From Lama glama (taxonomy: Eukaryota), in assembly GCA_028534125.1 (NCBI GenBank), contig CM052832.1, forward strand, positions 7,380,001 to 7,444,000: a DNA stretch of 64,000 nucleotides. The letters are read 5' to 3'. The notes beneath the pieces are model-generated. The model made no database searches. It saw only the letters and a list, made by a program, of their open reading frames with translations, and was not told the origin of the DNA. Position 1 is the first letter of the stretch, and each line of letters begins with the position of its first letter. This document shows, one piece after another, positions 1-13,028 of this stretch. Made by a program: the position numbers and the translations under genes.

Positions 1-77
1 CTTGTAGTGAACAGTTCTGAGACCATCACTTATTGGCAGACCACATTTGCTCTATGGGATTATTGAGTGCTAATGCT

Positions 78-212
78 TTTTATTTATTCATTCAACAAAG
101 TCCTGCTGAGTGCCTACTGTTTGCTAGACAGTCTTCTAGGATCTGGGGATATAGCAGTGAATAAAACAACAACAAAAACCCCCCGCAGATCTCATGGAGC
201 TTACATTTTAGT
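78..212 (-). mobile_element. L2 LINE 3' end relic
   Basis: ATTCATTCAACAAA...TGAGTGCCTACTGT...CTGGGGATATAGCAGTGAATAAAACA...CTCATGGAGCTTACATT is the reverse complement of the L2 3' terminus. Confidence 0.8.
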
Positions 213-389
213 TCTGTTAGAAATACCATTTTTATTTCTCTTTTCTCAGGAGTTCTCTTGTTTTTGTAGTAAACTGTATTTTTGCAGTTTATGGTCTTAT
301 GCACTTGAACCAGTGACTTAATTCTGTGTATCTTTACATATAGTGGTAATACTACTTTAAAAAATTAATAATTTTTTATTTAATCAACT

Positions 390-790
390 TAATTTTTTAG
401 TTGACTTTCCTTTTTAGGTCAAGAATTGTATTATCCACAAATAATGGTTATTTCTTTTTTTAAATCAGAACTTCCAGAACATTAATAGCTAAGAGTGAGG
501 GTAATGGATGTTTTTATTCTGATTTTAATGGAGATGTTTTTCTATTCACTAGTAAGTATGATGTTGACTCTTGGTTTAAAATGGCTTAAATCACTCTGAG
601 GAAGTAGTTTTATTTTTCTGGATTTATAAAGAAAATGAAAGGGAGTTAAGTTTTATCAAATGCCAAAAAGGATGCCTTTGAGATGATTATATGCTTTTTT
701 CATATTTGACCTACTAATGTGCTAGGTTAACAAAGTTTCTATCATTAAACTATGTTTACAGTCTTGTTGTGGAGGTTTATTATCAATTTA
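390..790 (-). mobile_element. Ancient L1 (L1ME-like) ORF2 fragment
   Basis: Degenerate antisense ORF2 motifs (CTTCCAGAAC..., AGTATGATGTTGACT, TGAGGAAGT, TTTTATCAAATGCC, TTGAGATGATTATATG). Confidence 0.6.
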
Positions 791-1317
791 TAGATGAATT
801 ATATCTCTAAAATAAAGATTAATCTAGAGCCCATTTATACCTCTAAGGATTAACTTAGAACCCACTTGAATCTTTGACTTAATTGTGCGTATCTTTACAT
901 ATAGTGGGAATACTTTTATAATTACATTTATGGCTCAGATCATTGTCTTTTTCCTGTGACTTAAAAAAACATTTGAAAGCAGTACTTGTATTTTTCGTCA
1001 TTGTCCAGTTTTACTCGAAGTTAGTGGTTCTGAAGCAAGGACCTTTTTATTTAGGAGGAGGTGCAGAGGAAGTTAATTTCTAATAAAAGAACAAACAGTG
1101 ACAACATGAACTGATTATGCAGCATATGTGGATAGAACAGTGTAAACAATCATTCTTTGGTTATCTGCCTATATTTCTGACACGTGTTTGTCAGACTTTA
1201 GAGTATTTAGGAGATTATACTGCAATATTAGAATTTAATGGTGAAATACAAAGACTGGCAAATTGAATTGTGACGATCAGTGAAATAACCTATTACTTAT
1301 AAAGACTAAATCCTTTA

Positions 1318-1508
1318 ATGTGATGGTTGTCAGACTTCAGTGTACATTAAAATCACCTCAGAGCCTTGTTAAACCCTAAGACTGCTGGGCCTCACCTACA
1401 GGCTTTTGATTCAGTAAATGTAGGGTGAGCCCAATAATCTGCATCTCTAGTAGATTCCCAGGTGATGGTGGTACGATGGTCTAGGGAACCACACTTTGAG
1501 AGCCAGCA
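1318..1508. mobile_element. MER5A-like hAT-Charlie DNA transposon relic
   Basis: AATCACCT...CTTGTTAAA...CTGGGCCTCACC...TGATTCAGTA...TCTGCATCTCTA...TTCCCAGGTGATG...ACCACACTTTGAG. Confidence 0.8.
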
Positions 1509-2094
1509 CACTAGTGTTCTCTAGTAGTGCTCCCAGTTCATCAGTAAATCTCTGATTTAATCACAGTTCTAGCAAGTGGTGATTAAAAGAAAACTCAGTG
1601 GGTAAACTAAAAGCCGAAAAGGAAATTAAACATTTTTCTTAATCTTTATTTTTAGTAGACTCATTAATGGAAGATTGAGGTACAAAATGTAGAAAATTAC
1701 TATGATTCAGTCATTGTTACTTTAAATTTGTAGGGGTTGACTGAAATACTGGTAGTGGGATGTTCTTTTTTCTCCTTGTGCAGTTGTCCCCAGAAGTACT
1801 AAATTTCAGATTTAGATCTCACATTCATACAACAGTCAATAACATTTATAATCAAGATCTCACTCCTAATTACCTCCTCCCCCACAAAATGGATACATTT
1901 GCATAAATAAATAATTATAAATTGTGATAAGGATTATTAAAGAAAGTACAGGCTACTAGGAAATAGTGGAATGTGGGAACTTATTTAGGGGAAGCCTCTC
2001 TAAGGAAGTTCATTCAAACTGAAACTTGAAGAATAGGAATTTTGGCAACACAAAGATTGACAGGAAAAGGGAAGACTCCTGCCATTACTAAATA

Positions 2095-2310
2095 GGCATT
2101 ATGCACTAACATCATTCCATATTTCATTTAATATATGAATTTCATTTAATATATGGCCTGTTAGTTGGATAATATTATTCCTAGATTTTAGCTGAAACTG
2201 AGGATTAAAGAAGTTAAACAACTTCGAAAGTTACCGAGCTATTAAGTGGTAGAGCTGGAATTTCATTAGGTCCTTCTGACTCTACAGCCAAACTTTGAAC
2301 TACCATGTTA
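2095..2310 (-). mobile_element. MIR SINE
   Basis: GAAACTGAGG...AAGTTAAACAACTT...AGTGGTAGAGCTGGAATTT...CTGACTCTACAGCC; MIR core. Confidence 0.75.
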
Positions 2311-4074
2311 TATTAGGGAGATTTGAGAATATTTTCTTAATTATCAAATAACATGAGCTGCCTTCCTATTTTACTTTTTCTCATTTTTACACCAGGGCCC
2401 TGCTGTTTCTATAAATTAGCCTGGAGTAGGCCATTTACACACACACATACATACATATTTATATTTCTGTAACTTTAAAATAACTTTTTGTCATTGTAAA
2501 GGTAACACTTTTGAGAGATTCTGAAATCTCTCAAAGAACCAAGATGGAAATAATTTCATTATCCAGAGATAACCATTTTGACATTTTATTATGTTTGATT
2601 ATTTCAGTATTTAGGCATTTATTATTTTTGAAAAATTGTAATCATACCTGGTATACAAAACTATTGATAAATAGATCTGCACTGTTCAAATGAAATACCC
2701 ATCTATTTTTGGAATATTAATAATTTTGTGATAGTTTCATTCCATAATATATTGACTTTAGCCTTCATGTAGATAGTGAGAAGGAAGAGATTTCACGTAT
2801 TTCATGAAGTCACTTTAAAAGCATTCTGTTATAGTCATCTCTGGGAGTCAAATTTGGTAAATCATTCTTCAGCCTTGTTGCTCTGATGGAGTGAAATTTT
2901 TATAAGAGATATTTATAATCTAATTTCTGGTCTGTTTTTCTCATTTTTAAAGAGTATAAATAGCTTTAAAGAATACGATGTAAACTTGACTTGTAGTTTA
3001 CCTTTCAAAATATTGCGCTAATAGTGTCACTAATTTTTTTATGCAATTGCTTTTCATTTATTGATCTTTATCCATTGCATGAAGTTAGTGTGTTTGTTTT
3101 GTGAATACAGAAAAAGAAACCATTTGGATTTCAGCCCTCTATTTAAAGGACAGTCCCACAGGAGTAAGTTTCTTTTATTTGACATTTTTTCCTCTAGCAT
3201 GTATATACTCCTTTGCTTTTATAGACAGACCTCAAGGATGCCAGAAGAGTTTAAAAAGATGTGGAATGTAAGCCTTGCCACATTTTATGTTTATTGACCA
3301 ATTTTTAAAAATATTAAAGGTCAGGTTTTGTTTTTATCAAACTTAACATCTTGCCTTTAATGATATATGCCTATTCCTTTTGGGTTTATTATATGTCATA
3401 GTGATTTGTGTTGAGGTATTTTGTGTGCATCTACCTCCAAAAGATTTTAAATACAATTGCAGAACTTTACATTTGTTACTTGAGAAACAAGGAAACACAT
3501 TTAAAAAAGAAAATTAGAACACCATTCCATACCAGTCACACATAAATCAGTGAAAGAAAATTCATTTTAAAAAACATGATAATCATTCACTGTAGTTTAA
3601 TTTACCATAACTCTTATTTCTAAGCTGTTGAATGTAAATTGAGTTTAGATATTAGCCAGGTATCATATTATTCACACATAAGCCTTAAAATGATGTGTGT
3701 AAATAATTCTTTCATCTTAGCTTCTTTCTTTGGTAGTAAATTTTTATTGAAAAGGCTCCATTTTAAAAACATACAAAGTACCACTTTTTTCTTTTCTAGC
3801 CATAAAAGTAATTTTTAAGGTAGTTTTCCTTTTTTCTTACGTAATATTTCTTTAACATGTCTTTTTTCTGTACCTGTTATCCAGTCCCTTTCTAATTTTT
3901 AAAAATATTTTGTTTAGACAATTCTTCATTCACCATTTCATCCACTTACTTATTAACTTATTCAAGAAATGATGATTTAATTCATGTTATATGCTAGGTA
4001 TTTGGCTAGATGATAGGGAAAGAAAGTTAGGGGAGGAGAAAGGGAATGGGAATTCTTTTGTACCCATTCATATA

Positions 4075-4262
4075 TTAGGTATGAAGTATGACTTTTATAA
4101 GTGTCTTATTTCATGTGGTCATCATATGAGAGAGATTTTACCATTTCCGTTTTACAGATGAGGATTTAGGTTCAGAGAAATTAAGGATTTGCATAGAGAA
4201 CGTAGTTTATAAGCAACAGAACTATGGTTTGACTCCAGGGCTATCTGATTTTACACAGTGTT
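4075..4262 (-). mobile_element. MIR SINE
   Basis: TTTTACAGATGAGGA...GGTTCAGAGAAATTAAG...TTTGACTCCAGG. Confidence 0.7.
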
Positions 4263-4939
4263 GCCTTTCTGCATGGGAAATAGGTAAATAAAGTAAGTAT
4301 CCTGCTTGTCTTCACAGAGCGTGTGGTTTAGCATGCCGCGTCACCGTGCTCTGTGAGGATGTCTGCAGGCCTGCCCGGGGAGAGGGTGAGGTTCTAGCTC
4401 TCTTCTCAGCCCTTCTCCCTTGCAACCAGAAAAGCTCCTTTAAAACTCCATTTTTTTTATTGGGCTTTCTCATAGCATCCCATCTGAAAAAATGGATTTT
4501 GCAGTTAAAAAGAAAAAAGCTTTAGAGTCACTAATCTAGAAGAATTATCTATGTTTACATGTATGTTAAGAGAGAAACATTCTCATGTAGAGACTGAGAT
4601 GGAGAATGACAGAAGGTGGGTATGAGATAACGATGGAGATCAATATGTGAAAAGAGTTACAGATGTTCCACTCTGGCAGTGCAGAGGTAGGTTACGGGGA
4701 TTTTCAATTGGGAGGTTGAAAACTTGTTAAAATAAAGCCATTTGAGCTCTGTCGTCAAGGATGGGTAATGTTTGGCATTGTGGAAATCTGGAGGGAGGGT
4801 GGCACTGAGGACAGGTAGGGAACAATGCAAGTGAGGGAAACAGCATAATTGAAGATCTAGAGGCAGAGATGAGGCACATGGGGCAAAAAGTTTAACGTGT
4901 CTGGAGGGAAACTTGATTGTAGGAAATACAGACAAAACT

Positions 4940-5320
4940 GGTGATTGGTGTCAGCAGGTGGCAAGCTTTGAATGCCAGACTAAGGAGTTTAGTCTTTTCC
5001 GTAGACAGTGGGAAACCTTTAAAAGGCACTTGAAGTGACAAAGTTATGATATGTGGTGATACTGATTAAGAAGTATTGGTTGTAAGCAGCATGTAAGATG
5101 CATGGATTGGCTTTGGGAGGACTGATTGTGCTGTAATAGTCCAGGTGAGTGGTCATGGCATTGGGAATGAAGACTAGGGAAAGGATCATAAGTGGTAATG
5201 CAAAGGCTAGATCGTTAGTTCTGGGGGCTGTTGGAGTTAGTGTATTAGTTACCAAAGAAAATTCCAAGGTTTCTATCCTGGAGGAATGGGAAGCTGATGG
5301 TGCCCAGTGGCAAGTTTGAA
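4940..5320 (-). mobile_element. L2 LINE fragment
   Basis: TTTGAATGCCAGACTAAGGAGTTT...TGTAATAGTCCAGGTGAG...TTCCAAGGTTTCT...GATGGTGCC; typical antisense L2. Confidence 0.7.
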
Positions 5321-6529
5321 TGTTTATCATTTGTATCTTAGCTGATTCCAAAAAGATTTGATAAGCTCCTCAGGAGTTTATCATAATTGTTTATAATAGA
5401 ATAGGATAGAATAAATGAGAATCAAGATGAAGCCTAAAAGGAGTAAAGATGGAAAATTAGTACAAGAGGTAAAAATGCACAGAGATGCATGTAATAAAGT
5501 CCCTCTCTGATTGCCGAGTTGGGGCAGAAGTTTTACTGTCAAGCTTCCTAGCAAATAGGAAGGCATAGTGTTGTACACTAGACTGTCTCAAAAGAAGCTG
5601 GAGTTGCAGTCCATGCTATAACACAAAGCAGTTATTAGGAATATAACATTTTTTGGTATTGAGGCCTGTGAGAATTTTCTTGCCTGGAAGCCTGTGAGGA
5701 CACTTTATTATGTAGTTAACAGTATCCTTAACTGTATCACTGCTGCAAATACGAGTATTCAGTTGATTCTTAAAACATCTTTGACTTTGAGCTAAGGAAA
5801 CAGTACTATTAAGTAAAGCCTATTTATTAAGAGGCTAATGGAAAGTCTGACCTCAAGATTAGTTGTTTCGCATTGTGCTTTCTGAAACAGTAGGCGTCTC
5901 ATCGTGGACCCCAGGTTTCTGTTAACCTATTCCCACTTTAATCAGAGCAACTCTGCCTTTATCTATCATATAGATTGGGTTTGCATTTTAAAATTTGGTG
6001 TTGGAACAGAGTGTTCCCTAGCTAAAAGAGTTTGAAACCACTGGCTTATAGAAGTAGTCTTCAAAGTAGACTTTAGGGAAAAAATACTGGCTTCCATTTA
6101 TATATTTTTTCATACCTTAAATTTTCTATTTTCATGAATAATTTATAAGGTAAATAATATGTAGGAAAGATATATATATCTGGTATCTTATATATATATA
6201 TGTAATTTATAAACAAACAAACAGTAGGGTGATTACATGTACATTTTATTGATAGGTTACTTTATAAGAAAGAGGAGAACCACTGAGCTAGAGGAATGCA
6301 TAGACAGAGTAACTTTGAGATCATTTTTAATGAATGTTAAAAAGTTGAGTCTTCAGAGCTACTTGATTTGCTGAAAGTTTAAAAGTTTTATCCTTTGGTG
6401 AAATGCTGGCCAACCCATATCCTTTATTGCCATTTAAAGACAGAAGTGCATTCCTTTGGCATATTCAGGTTTAGACTTTTTTTTTTAATAGTACTAGATT
6501 GTAATAACTTACATATGATATACTTTAGG

Positions 6530-6712
6530 TTTTTATTAGGGCTTTGACATATTTTATCTCATTTAAATCTCAAAACATCCATGTGAGGCAGGGCAGGTGG
6601 GTGGGTTTTTCCTTTTACTTCACGGATGTAAACTGAGGCATGAGGAGGTGGTTATTTTTCTTAAAGCCGTGCAGGAAAGTAAAAGGGCTCTAGAATGAAG
6701 TTCTTCTGTCTG
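6530..6712 (-). mobile_element. MIR SINE
   Basis: TATCTCATTTAAATCTCAAAACATCC...GATGTAAACTGAGGCATGAGGAGG. Confidence 0.65.
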
Positions 6713-9264
6713 TCTACCTTTTTCATTATCTTTTCTGCTCATCACTGCCCTGCTAGCGCCTTCTTAAATCATGGATCTACGGCTGCAGAAGCAAACACTC
6801 AAAGGAAAAGATAGATGTCAAGGATGCAGTAGAAATGAGCGTGATTAGATGAAAGTAAGGAAGAAGAAATTGAATTTTCAATGGAAATATAGACACCCCC
6901 CCCCCCCCGCCTTGGCATGAAACTTTAAAAACCTTTCTTCTAGTCTGCCAGTCCTTGAAGACCTGAATTGAGAAGGATTGTCGTTATGCAGGGTCTCGGG
7001 AAAAAATGCCTTGTACATGATGTCTGCTGTGAAGGGCCCTGTGCTAACCAGGAAGTGCTGTTAGAAATAGCCAGCTATCCAGAATATAATAAATATAGCA
7101 GAGATAGAGAATTGGGGAAAACCTTAGTGAGTTTTACGTAGTTCAGTATTGGTCAATGATGAAATGGAAGCTCAGAAAGACTGTTTCATTTTATGTCATG
7201 ATAACTCTGTGACTGGATCTTCGTTCTCCAGACTTAGACCTTAGTCCTTTAAAAATCATATCATGCTAGAAAACATAGGGGTGAAGTGGGAAGCTTGAAA
7301 CCAAAACCAAGAAAACTAAACAGTGTAAAAAAATCAAGAGGAATAATTTATTAAGACTATATCCTGTGACTATAATTAATCTTTCACTGTGACTTTGTGA
7401 CATCCTAGCTACCAAGCTTTTTAAGTTTGTTTCCTTTGTAGGCCTACCTATGAGATATTTTGGTGCACTAAGCAAGTACATACTGGTCATGAGGAACATT
7501 TTAATGTACAGCCCCTTTGTTAGCATAAATCAGCTTGCTTGAGTTTGATTCAGTTAGGTTCAGTGGAGACCTTTCCAAACTCATGTAAGAATGAAGCCTA
7601 CTTTAGAGACTAGTATATGGCAACTACTAAGCCACCCTTCTTGTAAATAGTCCCTTATTCTTCAGAGATTTAAAAATTCTCTGCCTTCCACTTGTTTTAT
7701 TGTCTCCCTTGTCTAGCTCATCACATTCTTTCTTTCTTTCTCCATCCACTAACTATATTCCTCTTGTCTTTAAGGCTGGTTCACCTTTCATATTCAGATT
7801 TCCTTTTCTCTAAGTCTTCCCAGCCAAGAGTAAAATGCTGGTTCATACACAGGTTGCAAAACGTTGACATGCTTTTCTCTGTTCTTAATTTTTGATGGAT
7901 TTGAAATTCGTGTTAAGAATATCTTTCTGTGGGCTCTTAATCGTTACTGGGTGCGCCTGTCATAAATGTTACTATTCTAGGTCATTTTCAAAGAGAAATC
8001 TACACATATGGACCCTCCCCTGGAACTTTGGAATCCAAGGCAGTGCTCATGTGAACATGAATGAAAAGAAAGTTCAGATAGGAGAATGGAAAAAAGAAAG
8101 CAGTGCATGAATGGGCAGCTCAGGGCACGTCCTTTCTAAGGTAGAGAGCAAGAATAAGCATACAGGTAAGGGGCAGATTTAGGCTGAGTGAGAGAATTCA
8201 CAACTGTGTAAGAAATAAAAGAAAGATTAAAGCTGTGCTCAGAGTAGTCTAAGAAATCCATCAGAAGAGATGAACTTTTGGGAGCTCTCTTACAGTCTAG
8301 CTCAGTACACACAGCTGCTGAACTAGTAGGTGTTGTGAGTCTAGTAGCCGTTCCTTTCCTTTGTCGCAGCTACATCATTCTGCCTTTTATTTCTCTGAAT
8401 CAGGAAGTTTGAATTGCTATTTCACCTGACAGTTTTTCATATTTACAACTGTCTTCTGTATTTCCTGTTTTATTCAGTTAGTAGTCATGTAATAGGAAAG
8501 AGACAAGACTAGACACCTGCGATTATTGTAATACTTAACAGCAAACAGTATAAGATACCAAAGAGAGGAATTAGTTTCAGAATCAAAGTCTGAAGACCTG
8601 TTAGTTTGAGGCCTCTGCTAGCTAAGATTTTAGAGTGGATTCTTAAAGACATGTTTTATGAGCCAACTGGAAGGGGTGAGTACTGGAAGCCAAATGGTTG
8701 AACTCAGCAGTAGCCCTGCCTCGCAAGCTCTGTACTGTGTCAGGGCTGCTAGGGAGCCGTCTCAGGAACGTGGGACAGATAGAGTGTTTTAACCTTCAGG
8801 AAGGCATTGACAGGTCTGCAGTGAGACATCGTGGACAACATGGATAAAGATAGCCTGTTACCTGGTTAATACAGTTGTGCAGCTTAATAATTTATAAAAT
8901 GTAATTATGAAATTATTGAAAACTTTGAGTTTATTGAGTTATTGAAGACTTTGTTTTACCAGAAAGAGTTATGGACCATAGGACCCTCGTTCTTGTTCAG
9001 TCATGGTGGGTAAGTTGAAGAGAGTTATCTTTAAGTGTGAAAAGTTATGTTTTGAAGAAGAAATAGATTAGACTTTGTCAGTTTCTTGACAGTCTCTCAG
9101 AATTAGAAATTAGGAGTAAACCCTGAGGTGCTCTTCACCCAGCGTCAGAAAGGAGTCTGCAACAGAGATGGAGAGGGCAACTCGAGGGAGCTGGGAATAT
9201 GCAGACAAATTGGACCCCTGTTGATTGAATGTGATTTTGAACAGGGCTTCTGAAATTTTATTTT

Positions 9265-9395
9265 TCCTGAGAATCTTGTGAAAATACAGGTTCTGATTCA
9301 GAAGGTCTGGGGCGGGGCCTGAGGTTCTGCATTTCTGTGCAAGCATTCATGTGATGCTGATGCTTCCGGTCCCTGGACCACACTCTGAGGAGTGA
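9265..9395. mobile_element. MER5-family hAT-Charlie relic
   Basis: TTCTGATTCAGAAGGTCTGGGGCGGGGCCTGAG...CTGCATTTCT...GTGATGCTGATGCT...GGACCACACTCTGAG. Confidence 0.8.
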
Positions 9396-9469
9396 GACTT
9401 TTAAGGGATTTAAGAATTGGAAAGTTGATTTTGAGCAATAGCTGCAGTGATTTTTTTCCTTCTGGTTGG

Positions 9470-9640
9470 GTGTGGGTACTTTACATGTGTTATCTTACTT
9501 TTCACAAAAAACTCTCAAGGTAGGTGGTAATATTTTTCAGGTGAAAAAACTGAGACGCAGGGAGCTTAAGTAGCTTGCTCAAAGTTTTATAATTGGTGTA
9601 CAAGATTTAAACCTAAAGGACACCAAAACCCTTGCTGGGT
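9470..9640 (-). mobile_element. MIR SINE
   Basis: CAGGTGAAAAAACTGAGACGCAGGGAGCTTAAGTAGCTTGCTCAAAG. Confidence 0.7.
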
Positions 9641-11689
9641 CTGTCATGTTTCCATGAGATTCTCTGGTTTTTGTGAAATTGATGTTCACACATTAAAAAA
9701 GTTTCTAACTGTAGGAATTTGCTCTATTTCTTCCAAACTTGAGCATAAGGGAAAAAGAAACAGCCAGGCAGTTCCCAGTACCAAATCTGTTACATGAGTT
9801 CAGGAAAAATAAGCTTTTTAAACATTAAAGCTTCTATCACCTAAACTTTAAAAATTAGAATATTTATTCATTTTTTAGTTGAAAAATACTGGCAAATATA
9901 ACAAAACAGTTTTTATAACACTGTTATCAAAACATGATTGTTACTGTTTTAAGTTCCTCTAATACACATGAGTACCCCTGTATAATTTTTAAGGATTGAA
10001 ATTGTGTTGTGTACACCTGTTTTTTCCCCACTAAGCACAAATTTAATAATGACGTGACAAAACTCTATTTCACCCTTTCCTATTTTTCTCTTAATCATTG
10101 GCAACCACACCATTCTCTCCTAGGCTGCAATCTAATTTTCCTTATTCTCTTGCTTCTCCCAGTAACTGCTGCCAAATTCTTCTGCTACTTTCTTTGTATT
10201 ATCTCCTTAACTTGCCCATGTTTTTCTCATCCAGGCTTGCTTTTTTCTTCTAGATTAATGATGCCTAAATCAGTATATAATTCTTAAATTCAGTCTCTGC
10301 TTCCTTGGTTGACTGTTTTGGGTGCACTCGAAACTTTTTGTCTTCCTTTTCTCACATCTTTTCAGTGACTTTGAAAAAATCAGTGTGAAGACTTGTGGAG
10401 TTTAAAGTCAGTGAAATATTTTACCCTATTACCCGCTTAGCTTTTATATTTCTCATCAAAACAATTTTTTTAACTTCTTACCTCCACTGCCAGATAGAGT
10501 ACCAGTCTGCATGTTTCCTTTTCTAAAATGTAGTGTCTATGATTTTATACTTGCTTATTTAATTCTAATAAGTGATTCTGCCTTATTTACGCTTTTTAAA
10601 GTTGTTGGTTTGATCATTCACACTTCACGTATCATATTAAATATGGGTGTGGAATGACTGGAGAAGTCTGTTGACATTTATAGATGCTCACATAGCTTTC
10701 TCTTAGAGTTCTTTATTCTTTGCAAAAATGTCTCATCTGCCTATCATCACCTGTGGCTTCTGGTCAGAGCATCTTTTCTCAGTGGATCCATGTAGATTGA
10801 GAAATGTAATCTCACAGCTTTATTCCTACCTCCTGCCAGGAAAAAAAAAAGGCCGCTAGAGCTCTTCTGTGGTTTCTCTAAGAATTTTTGTTTTTAATAA
10901 TAAGAGAGAAATGGTTGTGGATGAAATTGGGATGAACACTACATATCAAAGATTTACTTTCTAGAGTCATGTATGTAATCTCTTTGGTAGGTAAAGAAAA
11001 ATATACCTTTGTCAGTAGATCTTTGGGAACATCAAAGATTTTGAATAAGAATTTAAGAAATTTGAAATTAAGACTATAGAAAATATAAATTAGAAATTAA
11101 AGTTGTCTTAGTCACTTAGCATAAGTGTGGGCATGCAGTATGCCTCTTTAGGTAGGACAATGAGACCATGGTACAGGGAATATTATGGATAATTATAGGA
11201 ACAAGGATTTGACTCCAGATCTGACACCAAAGTCCATGATTGAAATTATTATTATTTTAATTTTATAAATAATGAAGATTATAAATTCCTTATGTTCAAT
11301 TTAAGAACTTAATTTTTAACTCCTAGAATGGTATTTTCATATCATATGAAGTATATACTATGTGATATGGACATTAAATAAGATTATTGATTATAGTAAT
11401 TGGTTAAGAACTATTTATTTCCTTCCAACTTTCATTTTCTGATCAAACCTGACCTAAATCTTATCCCTTGGTATCCTCTTAAATTTTATTGTTTCTTAAC
11501 CTTTTTGGTTCTCACTGATCAGTATTACTTAAAGATATTACTTTGGGAGACTTTGGAGACTCACAGATTGTCTTTTGTATTTGTCAACTTAATAACTTTA
11601 CGTCTCTAAGAACTAACACCTTTACAGGTGAAATTGGGGACCAGGAAGTAACTTCATTAAGATTATGAATAACATTAAGATAGTAATTA

Positions 11690-11885
11690 AAAGTGAGAAG
11701 GCTTGAGTTTGAATCCTAGTTCTTCAACTGTGTGACCGTGGGCAGATTTTATTACCTCATTTTCGGTTTCCTTATCTGTAGATAATTATAATACCCATCT
11801 CATATAAGAGGGTTATGAGAATTGAAGGAAATGATGTTTATAAAGAGTTTAGTGTAGTATCTGGCACAATAACAGTCAAGAAAGA
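11690..11885 (+). mobile_element. MIR SINE
   Basis: GAGTTTGAATCCTAG...TGTGTGACCGTGGGCA...GGTTTCCTTATCTGTA...TAAAGAGTTTAG...CTGGCACA. Confidence 0.8.
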
Positions 11886-12430
11886 AAAGCTAACATAAAA
11901 ACAGTACAGTTTCAATTAAGGTATGCTCTAAAAATCATGAAGGTGTGTTAGGCACATGTATTTTCTTAAAATATGTTAATTTGAACTTAAATGAATTTAA
12001 AGGTCAAAATATTAGATTTTTAGAATAGATTGAGATTACATACTTAGAATAGCTATTTAAACCTAAAATAAAAATAAAAATACTGTTTCGGGGGGCTGTA
12101 TTCATCTCAGTGAGTTGTCAATGCTTCTGACTTTATTTTCCTTATTAATGTTACTTGTTGGAAACGTCATCATTGGTTAACATCTCTACTTGAAGACAGG
12201 GAAGGAAAGTGACAAACTGAAATGTTCGTGTTTTCTTTTTTGTGAATAAGCCTTACAAATGTTTAGGAGGGAGACAATTTGGAAATTTATAGTTTCTAAG
12301 TACATAATTAGTATGTACAGCTTATCTTAAGCTTATTTCTGTCTTAAGCTTATTATAAGTTGGTTATTCATTGGCTCCCAAACTTGGCTAATTTACCTAG
12401 AGAGCTTTGCTTAAAAAAATTCCCAAGGCT

Positions 12431-12463
12431 CCCTCTCCTCCCCTCCCCTCCCCTCCCCTCCCC
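12431..12463. repeat. (CCCCT)n pentanucleotide repeat
   Basis: CCCTCTCCTCCCCTCCCCTCCCCTCCCCTCCCC. Confidence 0.95.
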
Positions 12464-12881
12464 AGGACCTAGTCCTCTGGTGTTCTCTTGATCAGTGGGC
12501 TACAACAGCTCGTGTGTAACACTGTGAACCCCTTTAATGAAACATGATCAGTCCTTTTTTTTTTTTTTAAGCCTTATGGTCAAGTATAAGGCCACTTAGT
12601 TTACTTTGGAAGATATTTATGGCCGGTGTAAGTCTCCGTTAAAGAAAATTTGTGCCATCTCAGAATTCTGACTACTCATTATAATATAAAGTGATCATTT
12701 AAAAAATATTTATATTAAGTTGCAGTGGTTCCTTTGATTTAGAAAAATATAAATCTGATCATGTGTTAAGGAAAAAAACTTATTTTTAATTTTGTTATTC
12801 TTATATTACCATATTTCTGCTTTATGCTACCTTGCTGAGAATCTGTCTCATGAAATGGTTTACACTAATGTGTCTCCGGAG

Positions 12882-13028
12882 CAGGACCTGGGCCTAAAGT
12901 GAGGCAGGCGGGGCGCCCCCGGCACAGCGTTTAAGGAGGCACTCATGGGGGGCGGTGCCTGAGTGAGGATCTCCTTAAATTCTGAATCCTAGTGCCTGCC
13001 TGCTGGCCTCGTTCTAGTCCCAGCCCCT
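12882..13028. mobile_element. MER96/MER91-like hAT (Tip100) MITE relic
   Basis: GC-rich ~147-bp island with imperfect inverted ends (CAGG..CTGGGCCTA / TAGTCCCAGCCC) and an internal inversion TTTAAGGAG / CTCCTTAAA. Confidence 0.65.
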
